Shown here: piece by piece, positions 27,870-37,179 of the stretch
How the letters are laid out: every line of letters starts with the position of its first letter
Position numbering within the stretch: position 1 is the first letter of the stretch
Source: a bacterium
Lineage (GTDB): Bacteria > Patescibacteriota > Microgenomatia > Daviesbacterales > UBA10151
NCBI GenBank assembly: GCA_021786315.1
Contig: JAJYNN010000002.1
Coordinates: 334,997 to 398,996 of the forward strand
Length of the DNA: 64,000 nt
Direction: 5' to 3'
The notes under the pieces: generated by a model
The model's database searches: none
Seen by the model: only the letters and a program-made list of their open reading frames with translations
What the model was told of the DNA's origin: nothing
Position numbers and translations under genes: made by a program

Positions 27870-28616
27870 ATGTCCTCAAACATCGACTACGCAATTATTC
27901 TTGCCGGCGGAAAGGGAGAGAGACTTCGGCCTCATACTGACAATAAGCCCAAACCAATGGTGGAGGTGGGAGGCAAACCAATCATTGTTTACCAATTGGA
28001 AAGACTTCAAAGTGTGGGGGTTAAGGAGGTAGTTATTGCTTGTAGCTATAAATGGGAGGCGATTAAGGAATATTTAGGAAACGGGGAGAAACTGGGGATG
28101 AAAATTAGTTATTCGGTGGAAACTGAGCCTTTAGGACGGGGCGGGGGTATCAAAAAAGCGATGCAATTTTTGCCGGACAATTGGGAGGATGCTTTAGTTT
28201 TAAACGGGGATATTCTTTCAAATTCCAGCTTAGAGGATCTAGTAGCCCAGCATTACGATAAAAAGGCCTTAGTTACCCTCACTGTTGTTCCCCTAAAGAG
28301 CCCTTACGGAATTGTTGAATTTAATGAAAATAACGAGGTTCTGGGTTTTCGGGAGAAACCCATTTTGCCGCACTGGATCAACGCCGGAATGTATGTCTTT
28401 TCAAAAGAGATAGAACCGCTTTTACCGGAGGTGGGGGACCATGAGACGGAAACATTCCCTAAGCTGCCGAAAGAAAAGTTCCTGGTTTTTCAAAGCGAGG
28501 ATTATTGGAGGGGAGTGGATACAGTTAAAGACTTAACCGAGGCTGAAAAAGAGGTTGTGGAGATTTTTGGCCAGCCTTCAGTTTCTGGTGGTATTGGTTT
28601 TACTCTTACTGCCTGA
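27870..28616 (+). CDS. sugar-phosphate nucleotidyltransferase
   Basis: LAGGKGERLRP.T...PKPM, EPLGRGG, LNGD, INAGMY. Confidence 0.9.
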   Translation: MSSNIDYAIILAGGKGERLRPHTDNKPKPMVEVGGKPIIVYQLERLQSVGVKEVVIACSYKWEAIKEYLGNGEKLGMKISYSVETEPLGRGGGIKKAMQFLPDNWEDALVLNGDILSNSSLEDLVAQHYDKKALVTLTVVPLKSPYGIVEFNENNEVLGFREKPILPHWINAGMYVFSKEIEPLLPEVGDHETETFPKLPKEKFLVFQSEDYWRGVDTVKDLTEAEKEVVEIFGQPSVSGGIGFTLTA

Positions 28617-29396
28617 AACTTTTGGAGTGGCGGAAGGTGTAGCAACTTTGGCTGATGGTGTTGCCGTATTGGGTTTAAAGTTTGAGGTATAGGGCAGGAT
28701 ATAGATAAATTCAGCGTCAATTACCCCGCTTTTGGGGCTGACCCCGGCCACAATAATCGGTTTATTTTGTTTGACATCTGCAAATGAGGCTGTCTGGCTT
28801 TTGGCGGTTTTAAAGAGTGTCCCGGTGCCGACATTGATGGTGATACTCTGGTTTTCTTTGGTGGTTATCGTGAGAGTGCTGTCTTCAAGCGAGGTAATTT
28901 CCCCAAACACCGTTTTTCTTTCTTCCTCTTTAGGGGCGGTAAATTTAATGATTTTCTTGGCTGTTAAAACCGAGGTTTCGTCAACATCACCTAAAGCCAC
29001 GATATAGTCATCAACTACCAGGTCTTTAGAAGATTTACTCTTACCCGTTGATTTAACCAAGTTGACGTATTGGGTGTAGTCGTTGATATTGATTAGCCTT
29101 GTCCCTTTATCGGTGGCAATAGTAATTGCATCTTTGGAGACGGATTTAATAACCCCCACATAGGCCTTGTTTTGCAGTTCCTTAGTGACCTCGGATTTTA
29201 ACTTGGCTGCCCGGGAGGCAACCTCGTCCTGCAAAGCCTTAAGCTTGGCCTTTAAGTCCGGGCTGGAGGTGGCGATAGAGGTAGGTTCGGCCGCCCTGAT
29301 GGGCAGAATTAAGAATATAGAATTAAGAATTAAGAATGAAAGTAAAATCGCTATAAAATTCATTATTCTAAATTCAGAATTCCTAATTTTTTTCAT
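28578..29396 (-). CDS. secreted protein with tandem small beta-barrel (DUF5666-like) domains
   Basis: signal peptide, repeated G.I..I....TI motif, ATPSA tail. Confidence 0.7.
   Translation of the reverse strand: MKKIRNSEFRIMNFIAILLSFLILNSIFLILPIRAAEPTSIATSSPDLKAKLKALQDEVASRAAKLKSEVTKELQNKAYVGVIKSVSKDAITIATDKGTRLININDYTQYVNLVKSTGKSKSSKDLVVDDYIVALGDVDETSVLTAKKIIKFTAPKEEERKTVFGEITSLEDSTLTITTKENQSITINVGTGTLFKTAKSQTASFADVKQNKPIIVAGVSPKSGVIDAEFIYILPYTSNFKPNTATPSAKVATPSATPKVSGSKSKTNTTRN
29305..29391. repeat. inverted 5+5 7-mer array encoding a signal peptide
   Basis: agaatta agaatat agaatta agaatta agaatga ... aattcat tattcta aattcag aattcct aattttt. Confidence 0.85.
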
Positions 29397-29812
29397 ATTT
29401 TCTCCGTTGAATAATATACTATCCGGCTGTCGGTTTTACTGTTTCCCAGGTCGTCAAAAGCGGTAGTTGTCAGGTTGTTGACACCGGTTTCCAAATGCAG
29501 TGTTGTGGAAAAGTTGCCGTCGGAATTTGCCTCAAGTGAAGTGTACTCGTGGTTTAAGTCCAAAATTATTACGGCATTAGGGCTGGTTTTTCCTGAGATT
29601 AAAACACTGCTTTCAAAGCTGATGGAGTTGTCATCCGGGTTAGTAAGATCCAAGGTCAAGCTCACCGGTTCCCGGGTTACCGGTCCTTTATCCAAAAGCC
29701 CGGCTTGTTGGTTAGGATGTTGGTATTGAACGTTGAGGATGTAGTGCAGGCCTCCGGCAAAACCCAACCCCAAGACCACGATCGCAATTACTGCAATTAC
29801 AAAAACCCGCAT
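29393..29812 (-). CDS. membrane-anchored Ig-like domain protein
   Basis: N-terminal TM; ISGKT.P, DGNFS, GVN....A.D..GN. Confidence 0.75.
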   Translation of the reverse strand: MRVFVIAVIAIVVLGLGFAGGLHYILNVQYQHPNQQAGLLDKGPVTREPVSLTLDLTNPDDNSISFESSVLISGKTSPNAVIILDLNHEYTSLEANSDGNFSTTLHLETGVNNLTTTAFDDLGNSKTDSRIVYYSTEKI

Positions 29813-29863
29813 TGCAGTTTTATATATTAAAGTTATATTGTTAGGCGGTCAAGTTTTATGTTA

Positions 29864-29946
29864 GTATCGGATAGTCGGAATATCGGCGTATCAGCATGTC
29901 GGAATATCTGACACACTGAAACTCTGATATACTGACACTCTGAACT
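29864..29946. repeat. inverted 5+5 8-mer array ending directly at an ATG
   Basis: gtatcgga tagtcgga atatcggc gtatcagc atgtcgga | tctgacac actgaaac tctgatat actgacac tctgaact. Confidence 0.9.
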
Positions 29947-30588
29947 ATGGATATTTATTGGTACGGACAATCATGTTTCAAGATTAAAGGTAAAACTGCG
30001 TCGGTAGTTATTGATCCTTTTGACCCGGAAAAATTTGGGCTCAAATTACCTAAGGAATTGGAAGGACAGGTAGTTTTGGCTACCCATCAGCATCCTGACC
30101 ACAACAACGCGAATGCTGTTTCCGGTAATCCATTGATAATCGAAGGGCCGGGGGAATACGAGATCTCGGGTGTTAGTGTGGTGGGGGTACGGACCAACCA
30201 TGATGCCAGCGGGGGGACGGAGCGGGGGAAAAATACTCTTTATCACATTACCATGGACGGAATTGATATTGTTCATGTCGGCGATCTGGGGCATGTTTTG
30301 GCTGAGGAACAGACAAGTGAAATTGATAATGTGGATATTTTAATGATTCCTGTGGGAGGCAATTACACCATTGATTCTGAAACTGCCGCGAAAGTTGTAG
30401 CCCAATTGGAACCAAAAATTATTATCCCCATGCATTACAAGATTCCGGGTTTGACTGCCGAAGTTGAAGGTGTTGAGCCGTTCTTAAAAGAAATGGGAGC
30501 AGAAAATGTTCAACCACAACCCAAACTAACCATCACCAAGGATAAATTACCGGAAGAACCTGCCGTTATACTGCTCAGTAAAGTCTAG
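29947..30588 (+). CDS. MBL-fold metallo-hydrolase
   Basis: WYGQSCF, THQHPDH, HVGDLG, IPVGG, IPMHY. Confidence 0.9.
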   Translation: MDIYWYGQSCFKIKGKTASVVIDPFDPEKFGLKLPKELEGQVVLATHQHPDHNNANAVSGNPLIIEGPGEYEISGVSVVGVRTNHDASGGTERGKNTLYHITMDGIDIVHVGDLGHVLAEEQTSEIDNVDILMIPVGGNYTIDSETAAKVVAQLEPKIIIPMHYKIPGLTAEVEGVEPFLKEMGAENVQPQPKLTITKDKLPEEPAVILLSKV

Positions 30589-30656
30589 ATTTAAGATTTA
30601 AGAATATAGATTTAAGAATGAGAACTCCTAAATCCTAAATCTTAATTCCTAAATCT
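30586..30656. repeat. inverted 7-mer array starting in the stop codon upstream of dnaB
   Basis: tagattt aagattt aagaata tagattt aagaatg | tcctaaa tcctaaa tcttaat tcctaaa tct. Confidence 0.88.
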
Positions 30657-30670
30657 CTGTTGGAACTAAT

Positions 30671-32032
30671 ATGGCACAATCAACCGCAAAACTTCCGCCG
30701 CAAAATATTGAAGCTGAACAATCACTTCTGGGTGCATTACTCATTGATAAGGATGCCATTGTCCGCATTGCTGAAGCCTTAAGTCCAACCCACTTTTACC
30801 GCACTGAACAGCACGGGAAGATCTATGAGTCGATCATCGACCTGTACGAAAAAAGGGAACCGATTGATTTGGTTACCGTCACGGAAAAGCTCAAACAAAA
30901 AGAAGCGCTGGATTTGGTTGGGGGGCCGGCGTACCTTGCGACCCTGGTTAATACTGTTCCGACAGCGGCTCACGTTGAACACTACGCCCGGATTATCAAA
31001 GAACATGCGGTAAGAAGAGCCTTAATTTCCCAGGCTACAAAGTTAGTTGATATGGCCTATGATGAGGGTACTCCGGTGGGGGATATCCTGGAAAATGCCG
31101 AGGCCGGGATCTTTGCGGTTTCCCAGGCCAATGTCAAAAAGGATTTTGTGCCTTTGAAGGACTTGCTGACGGTGTCTTTTGACCGGCTGGATGAGTTGCA
31201 AAAGACTTCCGGAAAGCTTCGGGGAGTACCGACGGGTTATCGGGATTTGGACAATAAATTAGCCGGGTTCCAGGATTCCAACTTAATTATTTTTGCTGCC
31301 CGCCCGGGTCAGGGGAAAACCTCCTTTGTTTTAAATGTGGCCCAATATGCGGCGGTGAAGATGGGAATTCCGGTGGGGATTTTCTCTTTGGAAATGTCTC
31401 AGGAAGAGTTAGTGGACAGGATCATTGTGGCTCAGGCGGATATTGATGCCTGGAAGCTGAAAACCGGAAAGCTGGATGATGCTGACTTTGACCGGATTTC
31501 CCGGGCTTATGGAGAGTTGGCCGAGGCACCCTTGTTTATTGATGACACTCCGGGTATGTCTTTGGCGGAAATCCGGACCAAGGCCAGAAGGCTGCAGATG
31601 GAACACGGGTTAAGGATGATCGTGGTGGATTATTTGCAGCTTATTAAAGGCCGGGGAATTGAAAACCGGGTGCAGGAGGTTTCGGAAATTTCCCAGGGAT
31701 TAAAGAACCTGGCCCGTGAGCTGAAAGTTCCGGTTTTGGCGGTTTCCCAGCTTTCCCGGGCAGTGGAACAAAGGGGAACCAGGAAGCCGCAACTGGCGGA
31801 TTTGCGCGAATCCGGAGCCATTGAGCAGGATGCGGACGTGGTGATGTTTATTTACCGGGAGGATCCGGAAAATATGAAGGATACCACCTTGGCGATTGAA
31901 AAGCACCGGAACGGTTCCACCGGGGAGATTAAGTTAATGTTTGTGCCGGAAAGGATGAAGTTTTACGGAATGGAAAGAAGCCGGAGCAAACCGGTAGACA
32001 AGGAGGAAGGGGCCAAAACTGCCGCAGCGTGA
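30671..32032 (+). CDS. dnaB: replicative DNA helicase
   Basis: PPQNIEAEQS, AARPGQGKT, FSLEMS, VDYLQL, SQLSR, ESGAIEQDAD. Confidence 0.97.
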   Translation: MAQSTAKLPPQNIEAEQSLLGALLIDKDAIVRIAEALSPTHFYRTEQHGKIYESIIDLYEKREPIDLVTVTEKLKQKEALDLVGGPAYLATLVNTVPTAAHVEHYARIIKEHAVRRALISQATKLVDMAYDEGTPVGDILENAEAGIFAVSQANVKKDFVPLKDLLTVSFDRLDELQKTSGKLRGVPTGYRDLDNKLAGFQDSNLIIFAARPGQGKTSFVLNVAQYAAVKMGIPVGIFSLEMSQEELVDRIIVAQADIDAWKLKTGKLDDADFDRISRAYGELAEAPLFIDDTPGMSLAEIRTKARRLQMEHGLRMIVVDYLQLIKGRGIENRVQEVSEISQGLKNLARELKVPVLAVSQLSRAVEQRGTRKPQLADLRESGAIEQDADVVMFIYREDPENMKDTTLAIEKHRNGSTGEIKLMFVPERMKFYGMERSRSKPVDKEEGAKTAAA

Positions 32033-32259
32033 AGAAGCTTAAGTTAGGGAAGTACCAGCATTATAAGGGGGGAATGTATGAAGTTTTGGGGGTGGTACAC
32101 CATAGTGAAAGCCTGGAGGAGCTAGTCCTTTATAAGCAGCTTTACGTTTCTAATTTTCCCATTGGAACACTTTGGGTCCGGCCTCTAAAGATGTTTTTAG
32201 AAAGTGTGGAGCTAGACGGTAAAAAGGTCCCCCGGTTTAAGTATTTAGGAGAACAGTAA
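32029..32259 (+). CDS. DUF1653 domain protein
   Basis: Y.HYKG..YEV, HSE..E.LV.Y, WVRP..MF, RF. Confidence 0.85.
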   Translation: MKKLKLGKYQHYKGGMYEVLGVVHHSESLEELVLYKQLYVSNFPIGTLWVRPLKMFLESVELDGKKVPRFKYLGEQ

Positions 32260-32708
32260 TGCCTGAACTTAAAAAAGATTGTGGTCTTTGCTATATTCCG
32301 GAAAAATACCGCGATCTCACCATTGCTGAATTTGATCTTTGGAAGTGTAACTTACATGAAAGCCAGGTTTATCCCGGAAGAAGCTTAATTATTTTAAAGA
32401 GACATGTAGAGGATATTTTTGATATCACAAGGGAGGAGAAGCGGGAGTTAGAAGTGATTATTAGAGGTTTTAAGAGGGCTGTGGGGGAAGTGTTTTGCAC
32501 AGATATGTTTAACTATGCGGCTTTAGGGAATACGGTAAGGCATGCGCATTTACATTTTATCCCACGCTATTCTCATCCACTTGAATACGGCGGGGTTATT
32601 TTTGAGGATAGGAATCAGGGACAAAACTATGCCCCTTATGACAAGAACTTCCTGGTTCCCAAACCTGTTTTATTGGGGATTAGGGACTTGATTAGAGATA
32701 GGTTGTAG
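32259..32708 (+). CDS. HIT family protein
   Basis: NYAALGN...HAHLHFIPR. Confidence 0.88.
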   Translation: MPELKKDCGLCYIPEKYRDLTIAEFDLWKCNLHESQVYPGRSLIILKRHVEDIFDITREEKRELEVIIRGFKRAVGEVFCTDMFNYAALGNTVRHAHLHFIPRYSHPLEYGGVIFEDRNQGQNYAPYDKNFLVPKPVLLGIRDLIRDRL

Positions 32709-33320
32709 AAAACTTATTACATCTTCATCGGAGATTTGGGGGAAGTCGTCGTAGTAGGCTCCAACTGCCCCGGTAAAATTTTTTGGCGCATCCAGGGTAA
32801 TTACTTCATCGGCTTGGGTTTTAAGCTGTTCCACGACCTCAAAAGGGGCGACAGGAACAGCGACCACAGTTTTTCTGGCTCCCTGGTTTTGCAATTCATG
32901 GACTGCAGCCGAAATTGTCATCCCGGTGGCGATCCCGTCGTCAACAATCACGGCAATTTTCTCCTCGGCGGAAATGGGGTTTCTGCCATCCAAATAAAGT
33001 TGGTGACGTCTTTCAATTTCCCGGCGTTCGTCTTCAATTTCCTTTTCCAACCAGTATTGGTTTGCGTATTGGGCTCCTTCCTCGGAACACATCAGGTGTC
33101 CGGATTCGGAAATGGCGCAAACTGCAAACTCAGGGTTGGCCGGATGGCCGATTTTACGGACAAGAACCAAATCGAGTGGTAGGTGAAGCGCATTGGCCAC
33201 CTCGGCTCCGATAGCTACTCCTCCCCGGGGGATGGCGTAAATGACGGCGTCTTGGTCTTTGTATTTTATTAAGGCCTGGGCCAGCATTTTCCCGGCCTCA
33301 ACCCTGTCTTTAAACCTCAC
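32670..33320 (-). CDS. phosphoribosyltransferase family protein
   Basis: F.DR..AG, IPRGGV, VDDGIATG, VGAYY.DF. Confidence 0.88.
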   Translation of the reverse strand: MRFKDRVEAGKMLAQALIKYKDQDAVIYAIPRGGVAIGAEVANALHLPLDLVLVRKIGHPANPEFAVCAISESGHLMCSEEGAQYANQYWLEKEIEDERREIERRHQLYLDGRNPISAEEKIAVIVDDGIATGMTISAAVHELQNQGARKTVVAVPVAPFEVVEQLKTQADEVITLDAPKNFTGAVGAYYDDFPQISDEDVISFLQPISNQVPNPQ

Positions 33321-33454
33321 TGGTTAAGGATAAAACATGGAAAATTTTGGGGCAATAAAGAGGATTACACAGTTAGGTGTGTTTCAAGGTGACGCCTTAT
33401 GAACTGCAGAAAGTTCATGACAAGTAGGTTTGCTTAAGGTATAATTACCTTCAT

Positions 33455-33537
33455 GCCGAAGTGGCGGAATGGTATACGCGGTGGTCTCAAAAACCACTAG
33501 TCGCAAGGCTGTGTGGGTTCGACTCCCACCTTCGGCA
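33455..33537 (+). tRNA. tRNA-Leu(CAA)
   Basis: GCCGAAG/CTTCGGC acceptor stem, GTGGT-CTCAAAA-ACCAC anticodon arm, long variable arm, GGTTCGACTCC T-arm; CCA not encoded. Confidence 0.95.
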
Positions 33538-33671
33538 CAGTGAGGGTACAATTCCGACGTTAGTCGGAACAGGATCTTTGCCGTAGGCAAAGTAGCCCTA
33601 CTCCCTCTCTCGGCACTTTTTCATGGTCTCTGCTTGCCAAAGTAAGAGTGCCCTTGTAAAATACACAGCGT

Positions 33672-34232
33672 ATGATTAATGCCAGCGAACTTCGAAATGG
33701 GATGGTTTTTCAGGATGAAAACCAAATCCTGCAGGTGGTAAATTATGAGCACATCAAGATGGGCCGGGGTTCCGGTACCATCAAAGTTAAGGTTAAAAAC
33801 CTAAAAACCGGTTCCGTAACCGAGAAATCCTTTATTACCGGAGCCAGGGTGGAAGAGGCCAACGTGGAGAAGAAAAAGGCCCAGTTCCTTTACCAGGATG
33901 GGGAAGAGTACTACTTTATGGATTCCGTTTCCTTTGAGCAATTCCCGCTTTCCAAGGATGTTTTGGGGGACCAGGCCAAGTTTTTGCAAGACGGTTTGGA
34001 AGTGCAGCTCATTGTCAACGGTGACCAGGCTTTGGGGCTGGAACTTCCCAACAGCTTGGTTTATGAAGTTATTGAAACCGGCCCGGGGGAGAAGGGGAAT
34101 ACGGTTTCCAACGTTTATAAAGACGCCAAAGTGGATAACGGCTTAATTATTAAAGTCCCGATGTTTATGAAGATTGGGGATAAGGTTAAAGTTGATACCC
34201 GCACCGGCCAATATGTGGAACGGGTGAAATAA
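33672..34232 (+). CDS. efp: elongation factor P
   Basis: HIKMGRG, QFLY.DG, PGEKGNT, VP.F...GD.V.VDTR.G.Y. Confidence 0.96.
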   Translation: MINASELRNGMVFQDENQILQVVNYEHIKMGRGSGTIKVKVKNLKTGSVTEKSFITGARVEEANVEKKKAQFLYQDGEEYYFMDSVSFEQFPLSKDVLGDQAKFLQDGLEVQLIVNGDQALGLELPNSLVYEVIETGPGEKGNTVSNVYKDAKVDNGLIIKVPMFMKIGDKVKVDTRTGQYVERVK

Positions 34233-34299
34233 TTCTCAATTTTAAATTTTAAATTTCCAATGAATTTTCAAGGCATTAATGTTTAAAAATTAGAAATTT
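34230..34299. repeat. AATTTTC-type array starting in the efp stop codon
   Basis: taa ttctcaa ttttaaa ttttaaa tttccaa tgaa ttttcaa ... aaaaattagaaatt. Confidence 0.8.
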
Positions 34300-34331
34300 A
34301 ACCCTGAACCTGATATAGTTATCACTAAAGT

Positions 34332-35282
34332 ATGCATCCTGTTTTAATCTCCATAGGTTCGCTGTCTGTCTCTTCTTTTGGATTTTTCCTTATGGCAGCC
34401 TTTTTGTCGGCGGCTTTTGTGGCCTGGAGGCTGGCCAAAACTTATGACCTGAATGAAGAAAGGGTTTTGGATTTGGTAATCCTCACATTTTTAGGGGGGA
34501 TCTTGGGGGCGAGAATTTTCTTTGTGGCTACCCATTGGAGCTTGTTTGCGGATATCGGCAAGGCTGTCCTTTTAAACCGCTACCCTGGACTTTCATTTTG
34601 GGGCGGAATTTTCGGAGGGATCATAGCTTTAAGGGTTTTTGCCTCACGCACCAAACTTAACCTTTGGCAGATAGCGGATTTTGCCGTTGTCGGCCTGGCT
34701 TTAGGCTTGGTGTTTGGCGATCTGGGGTGTTTCTTTGGGGGATGCGGATACGGAGCGGTTTCGGATTTGCCGGTTGCCACCGCCGTTGTCGGTTTGGTCG
34801 GTAAAAGGTTCCCGGTTTCCGCCCTGGAAAGCATCTTGTTTCTCTTCCTCTTCTTCTCCCTTTGGAAACAGGCTGTCAGGTTCCATTTTGGGGGGAAAAT
34901 CGCTTCGGTGGGCTTGGTAGCGCTGGGGGTGGTTAAATTTGTCACGGAGTATTTTCGCGGTGATTCCCAGCCTTTGCCGTTTATCCGGTTTTTGGCCTGG
35001 GGGCACCTTTTCTCAATTGCACTCACTATTTTGGGGATCGCCCTTTTTTACAGGCTCTCTAAAAGAGATATTAGAGGAGATTTAACTTTACTGCGGATGT
35101 TTGTCACTTCGGCTAAAAAGAGGGAAATAATACTTTCAAAGATTTCCAAAAGTTGGTATAATCATAGAGTTGGTTTGAGGTTGCATCTGGGTAAGGTCAG
35201 AACAGGTTTGCAATCACTGCCAAAGGCAGTCCGGAGGAAATTAAATGTTAAACCTACACCGTCCAAACTTAGTCAAGATTAA
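34332..35282 (+). CDS. lgt: prolipoprotein diacylglyceryl transferase (Lgt-like)
   Basis: MHPVL..IG, GARI.F, GLSFWGG, GCFFGGC, EYFRGD. Confidence 0.8.
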   Translation: MHPVLISIGSLSVSSFGFFLMAAFLSAAFVAWRLAKTYDLNEERVLDLVILTFLGGILGARIFFVATHWSLFADIGKAVLLNRYPGLSFWGGIFGGIIALRVFASRTKLNLWQIADFAVVGLALGLVFGDLGCFFGGCGYGAVSDLPVATAVVGLVGKRFPVSALESILFLFLFFSLWKQAVRFHFGGKIASVGLVALGVVKFVTEYFRGDSQPLPFIRFLAWGHLFSIALTILGIALFYRLSKRDIRGDLTLLRMFVTSAKKREIILSKISKSWYNHRVGLRLHLGKVRTGLQSLPKAVRRKLNVKPTPSKLSQD

Positions 35283-35607
35283 AAATATACTTCTGAGACA
35301 GCAAAAACAAGTTGCTGAGCAATTAAAATCCATCGAAAAAGAGGATCCCGTTACGGCATCCAATTTGGTACCTGAAGCTTCGGAATCCGGCACAGAGAGC
35401 TGGTTGGCGGAGGCCCACGGGAAATTCACGACTTTAAAAAAGGATTTGATCTCGCTTTCCGGTGGAATTACCAAATCGTTAGCGAAGTTAAAGAGGGGAA
35501 CCTATGGTAAATGTGAAAAATGCGGTAAGGAAATTGAAGCTGCCAGGCTCGAAGCCATGCCGACTGCGAATTTTTGTTTGGCTTGTTCCAAAAAATCCCC
35601 GAAGTAA
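35245..35607 (+). CDS. TraR/DksA C4-type zinc finger protein
   Basis: GTYGKCEKCGKEI...RLEAMP....CLAC. Confidence 0.88.
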   Translation: MLNLHRPNLVKIKNILLRQQKQVAEQLKSIEKEDPVTASNLVPEASESGTESWLAEAHGKFTTLKKDLISLSGGITKSLAKLKRGTYGKCEKCGKEIEAARLEAMPTANFCLACSKKSPK

Positions 35608-35628
35608 TTTTGACAATTATCCCACTTA

Positions 35629-36057
35629 ATGCTATACCAAATGGGTAGTCCCAAATCTATGGCTGATAAAAATTATCCCGGCAGAATTTTAGTAATTGAT
35701 GACGATAAGGATATCCAGGATATCTACACTGAATTTTTAACCCAGGCAGGGTACCAGGTGGACAACGCCCATGACGGCCAGGAAGGGCTGACCAAAATTC
35801 TTCAGGGTGGCTATGATTTAATCCTTTTGGATATCATGATGCCCAAAATTGACGGCTTAGGGCTGCTTAAAAAGCTAAAGGAAAATCCTCCCCAAAATGT
35901 CTACAATGGCCCTATTATTGTCTTGTCAGCCTTAGACCAGGACTACATTATTACCCAGGCCTTAAATTTAGGCGCCAAAGGATATCTCAAAAAATCCGGG
36001 ATGACCCCAGACCAGGCTTTAAATAAAATTTCTGAATTTTTACAGAAATCCGCGTAA
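35629..36057 (+). CDS. single-domain response regulator
   Basis: ILVIDDD, LLDIMMPKIDG; start may be 35659. Confidence 0.9.
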   Translation: MLYQMGSPKSMADKNYPGRILVIDDDKDIQDIYTEFLTQAGYQVDNAHDGQEGLTKILQGGYDLILLDIMMPKIDGLGLLKKLKENPPQNVYNGPIIVLSALDQDYIITQALNLGAKGYLKKSGMTPDQALNKISEFLQKSA

Positions 36058-36111
36058 TATATTTTGTTTCTTGCAAAACCTCTTTTCTTAAAAATATACT
36101 AGTTTGTAGCT

Positions 36112-36609
36112 ATGAATATTTATGTTGTTTCCGGAAAGGGAGTAGGTAAGACTCAGCTTTCAGCATTTGATGCAGCTTTAAAGGATGCGGGAGTCCACAA
36201 CTACAACCTAATTTGCTTATCCTCAATCATTCCTCCTCATTCTAATATCATAGTTTCAGAAAGATATAACACCCCAGAAGATGAGTATGGGCATAAACTG
36301 TATGTAGTAAGAGCCACTATTAGTAGTGGCAAAGTGGGTGAATCGCTTGCTGCCGGAGTTGGCTGGTATCGGCCTGAGGGCGACGGAAGAGGCTTATTTG
36401 TGGAACATGAAACCTGTGGAGAGGGGGAAGAGACAGTCAAAAAAAAGGTGGAACAGGATATTAAGAACTCTTTGATGGACCTCTGCGGTTTTAGGGGGAT
36501 CGAATTTGATGAATCCAGGTTACATATGCTTGTAACATCAGCTACCGTAACAGAGCAACCAGCCTCTGCCCTGGTTATTGCCGTTTACCAGGCTAAAGGT
36601 TGGGATTAG
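36112..36609 (+). CDS. pyruvoyl-dependent arginine decarboxylase-like protein
   Basis: SAFDAAL..AGV.NYNLI.LSSIIP. Confidence 0.85.
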   Translation: MNIYVVSGKGVGKTQLSAFDAALKDAGVHNYNLICLSSIIPPHSNIIVSERYNTPEDEYGHKLYVVRATISSGKVGESLAAGVGWYRPEGDGRGLFVEHETCGEGEETVKKKVEQDIKNSLMDLCGFRGIEFDESRLHMLVTSATVTEQPASALVIAVYQAKGWD

Positions 36610-36654
36610 ACTAGACTTCGATTAGCTTCAGGAACTATCACAATTCCAGAAACC

Positions 36655-36687
36655 GCAAAAAAGCCCTCATTATTGAAGGCCTTTTGC
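36655..36687. terminator. probable bidirectional terminator
   Basis: GCAAAAAAGCCCTC / GAAGGCCTTTTGC between convergent genes. Confidence 0.5.
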
Positions 36688-36713
36688 TTTGTACCTTAAT
36701 TTGTACAAATTAA

Positions 36714-37040
36714 TTATTTCTGCCAGGGCAGATGGGCATTGGGTTTGCTGAAAAGCCAAGCATCAGCCAAAGCAATAAATACTCCTCCGATCAAAGCAGC
36801 CCAAAGATTAGCGCCTGCTAAACTAGCTTCCCAGGGGAGGGTCAAACCTCCTTTACCTGAAGCCAAACCAAACATGTACAAGGCAAAGACCACATTAATT
36901 GCTGCGTAAATCACGTTAACCGAAGGCGAAGACACTTTACCGAAAGGGGTCATGTGACTTTGCCCGGTAATACCTTTTACTAAATGGGGAATAGCGTTCC
37001 ATGCAAACAAACCTGCCAGAAAGTACCATAATAAAGCCAT
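36714..37040 (-). CDS. membrane protein
   Basis: NAIPHLVKGITG...TPF; GGGGTG SD. Confidence 0.7.
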   Translation of the reverse strand: MALLWYFLAGLFAWNAIPHLVKGITGQSHMTPFGKVSSPSVNVIYAAINVVFALYMFGLASGKGGLTLPWEASLAGANLWAALIGGVFIALADAWLFSKPNAHLPWQK

Positions 37041-37179
37041 ATTCTCACCCCCTTTTTAAGTGATATCTATAAATAATAGTGGTCATAAATTAAGATAATT
37101 GTCAATGTTGTGTAGGATGTGAGCTTAATTATAGGAAAAATGGACAAGGGGCATAAGATATGCTACAATAGCCTATAGC

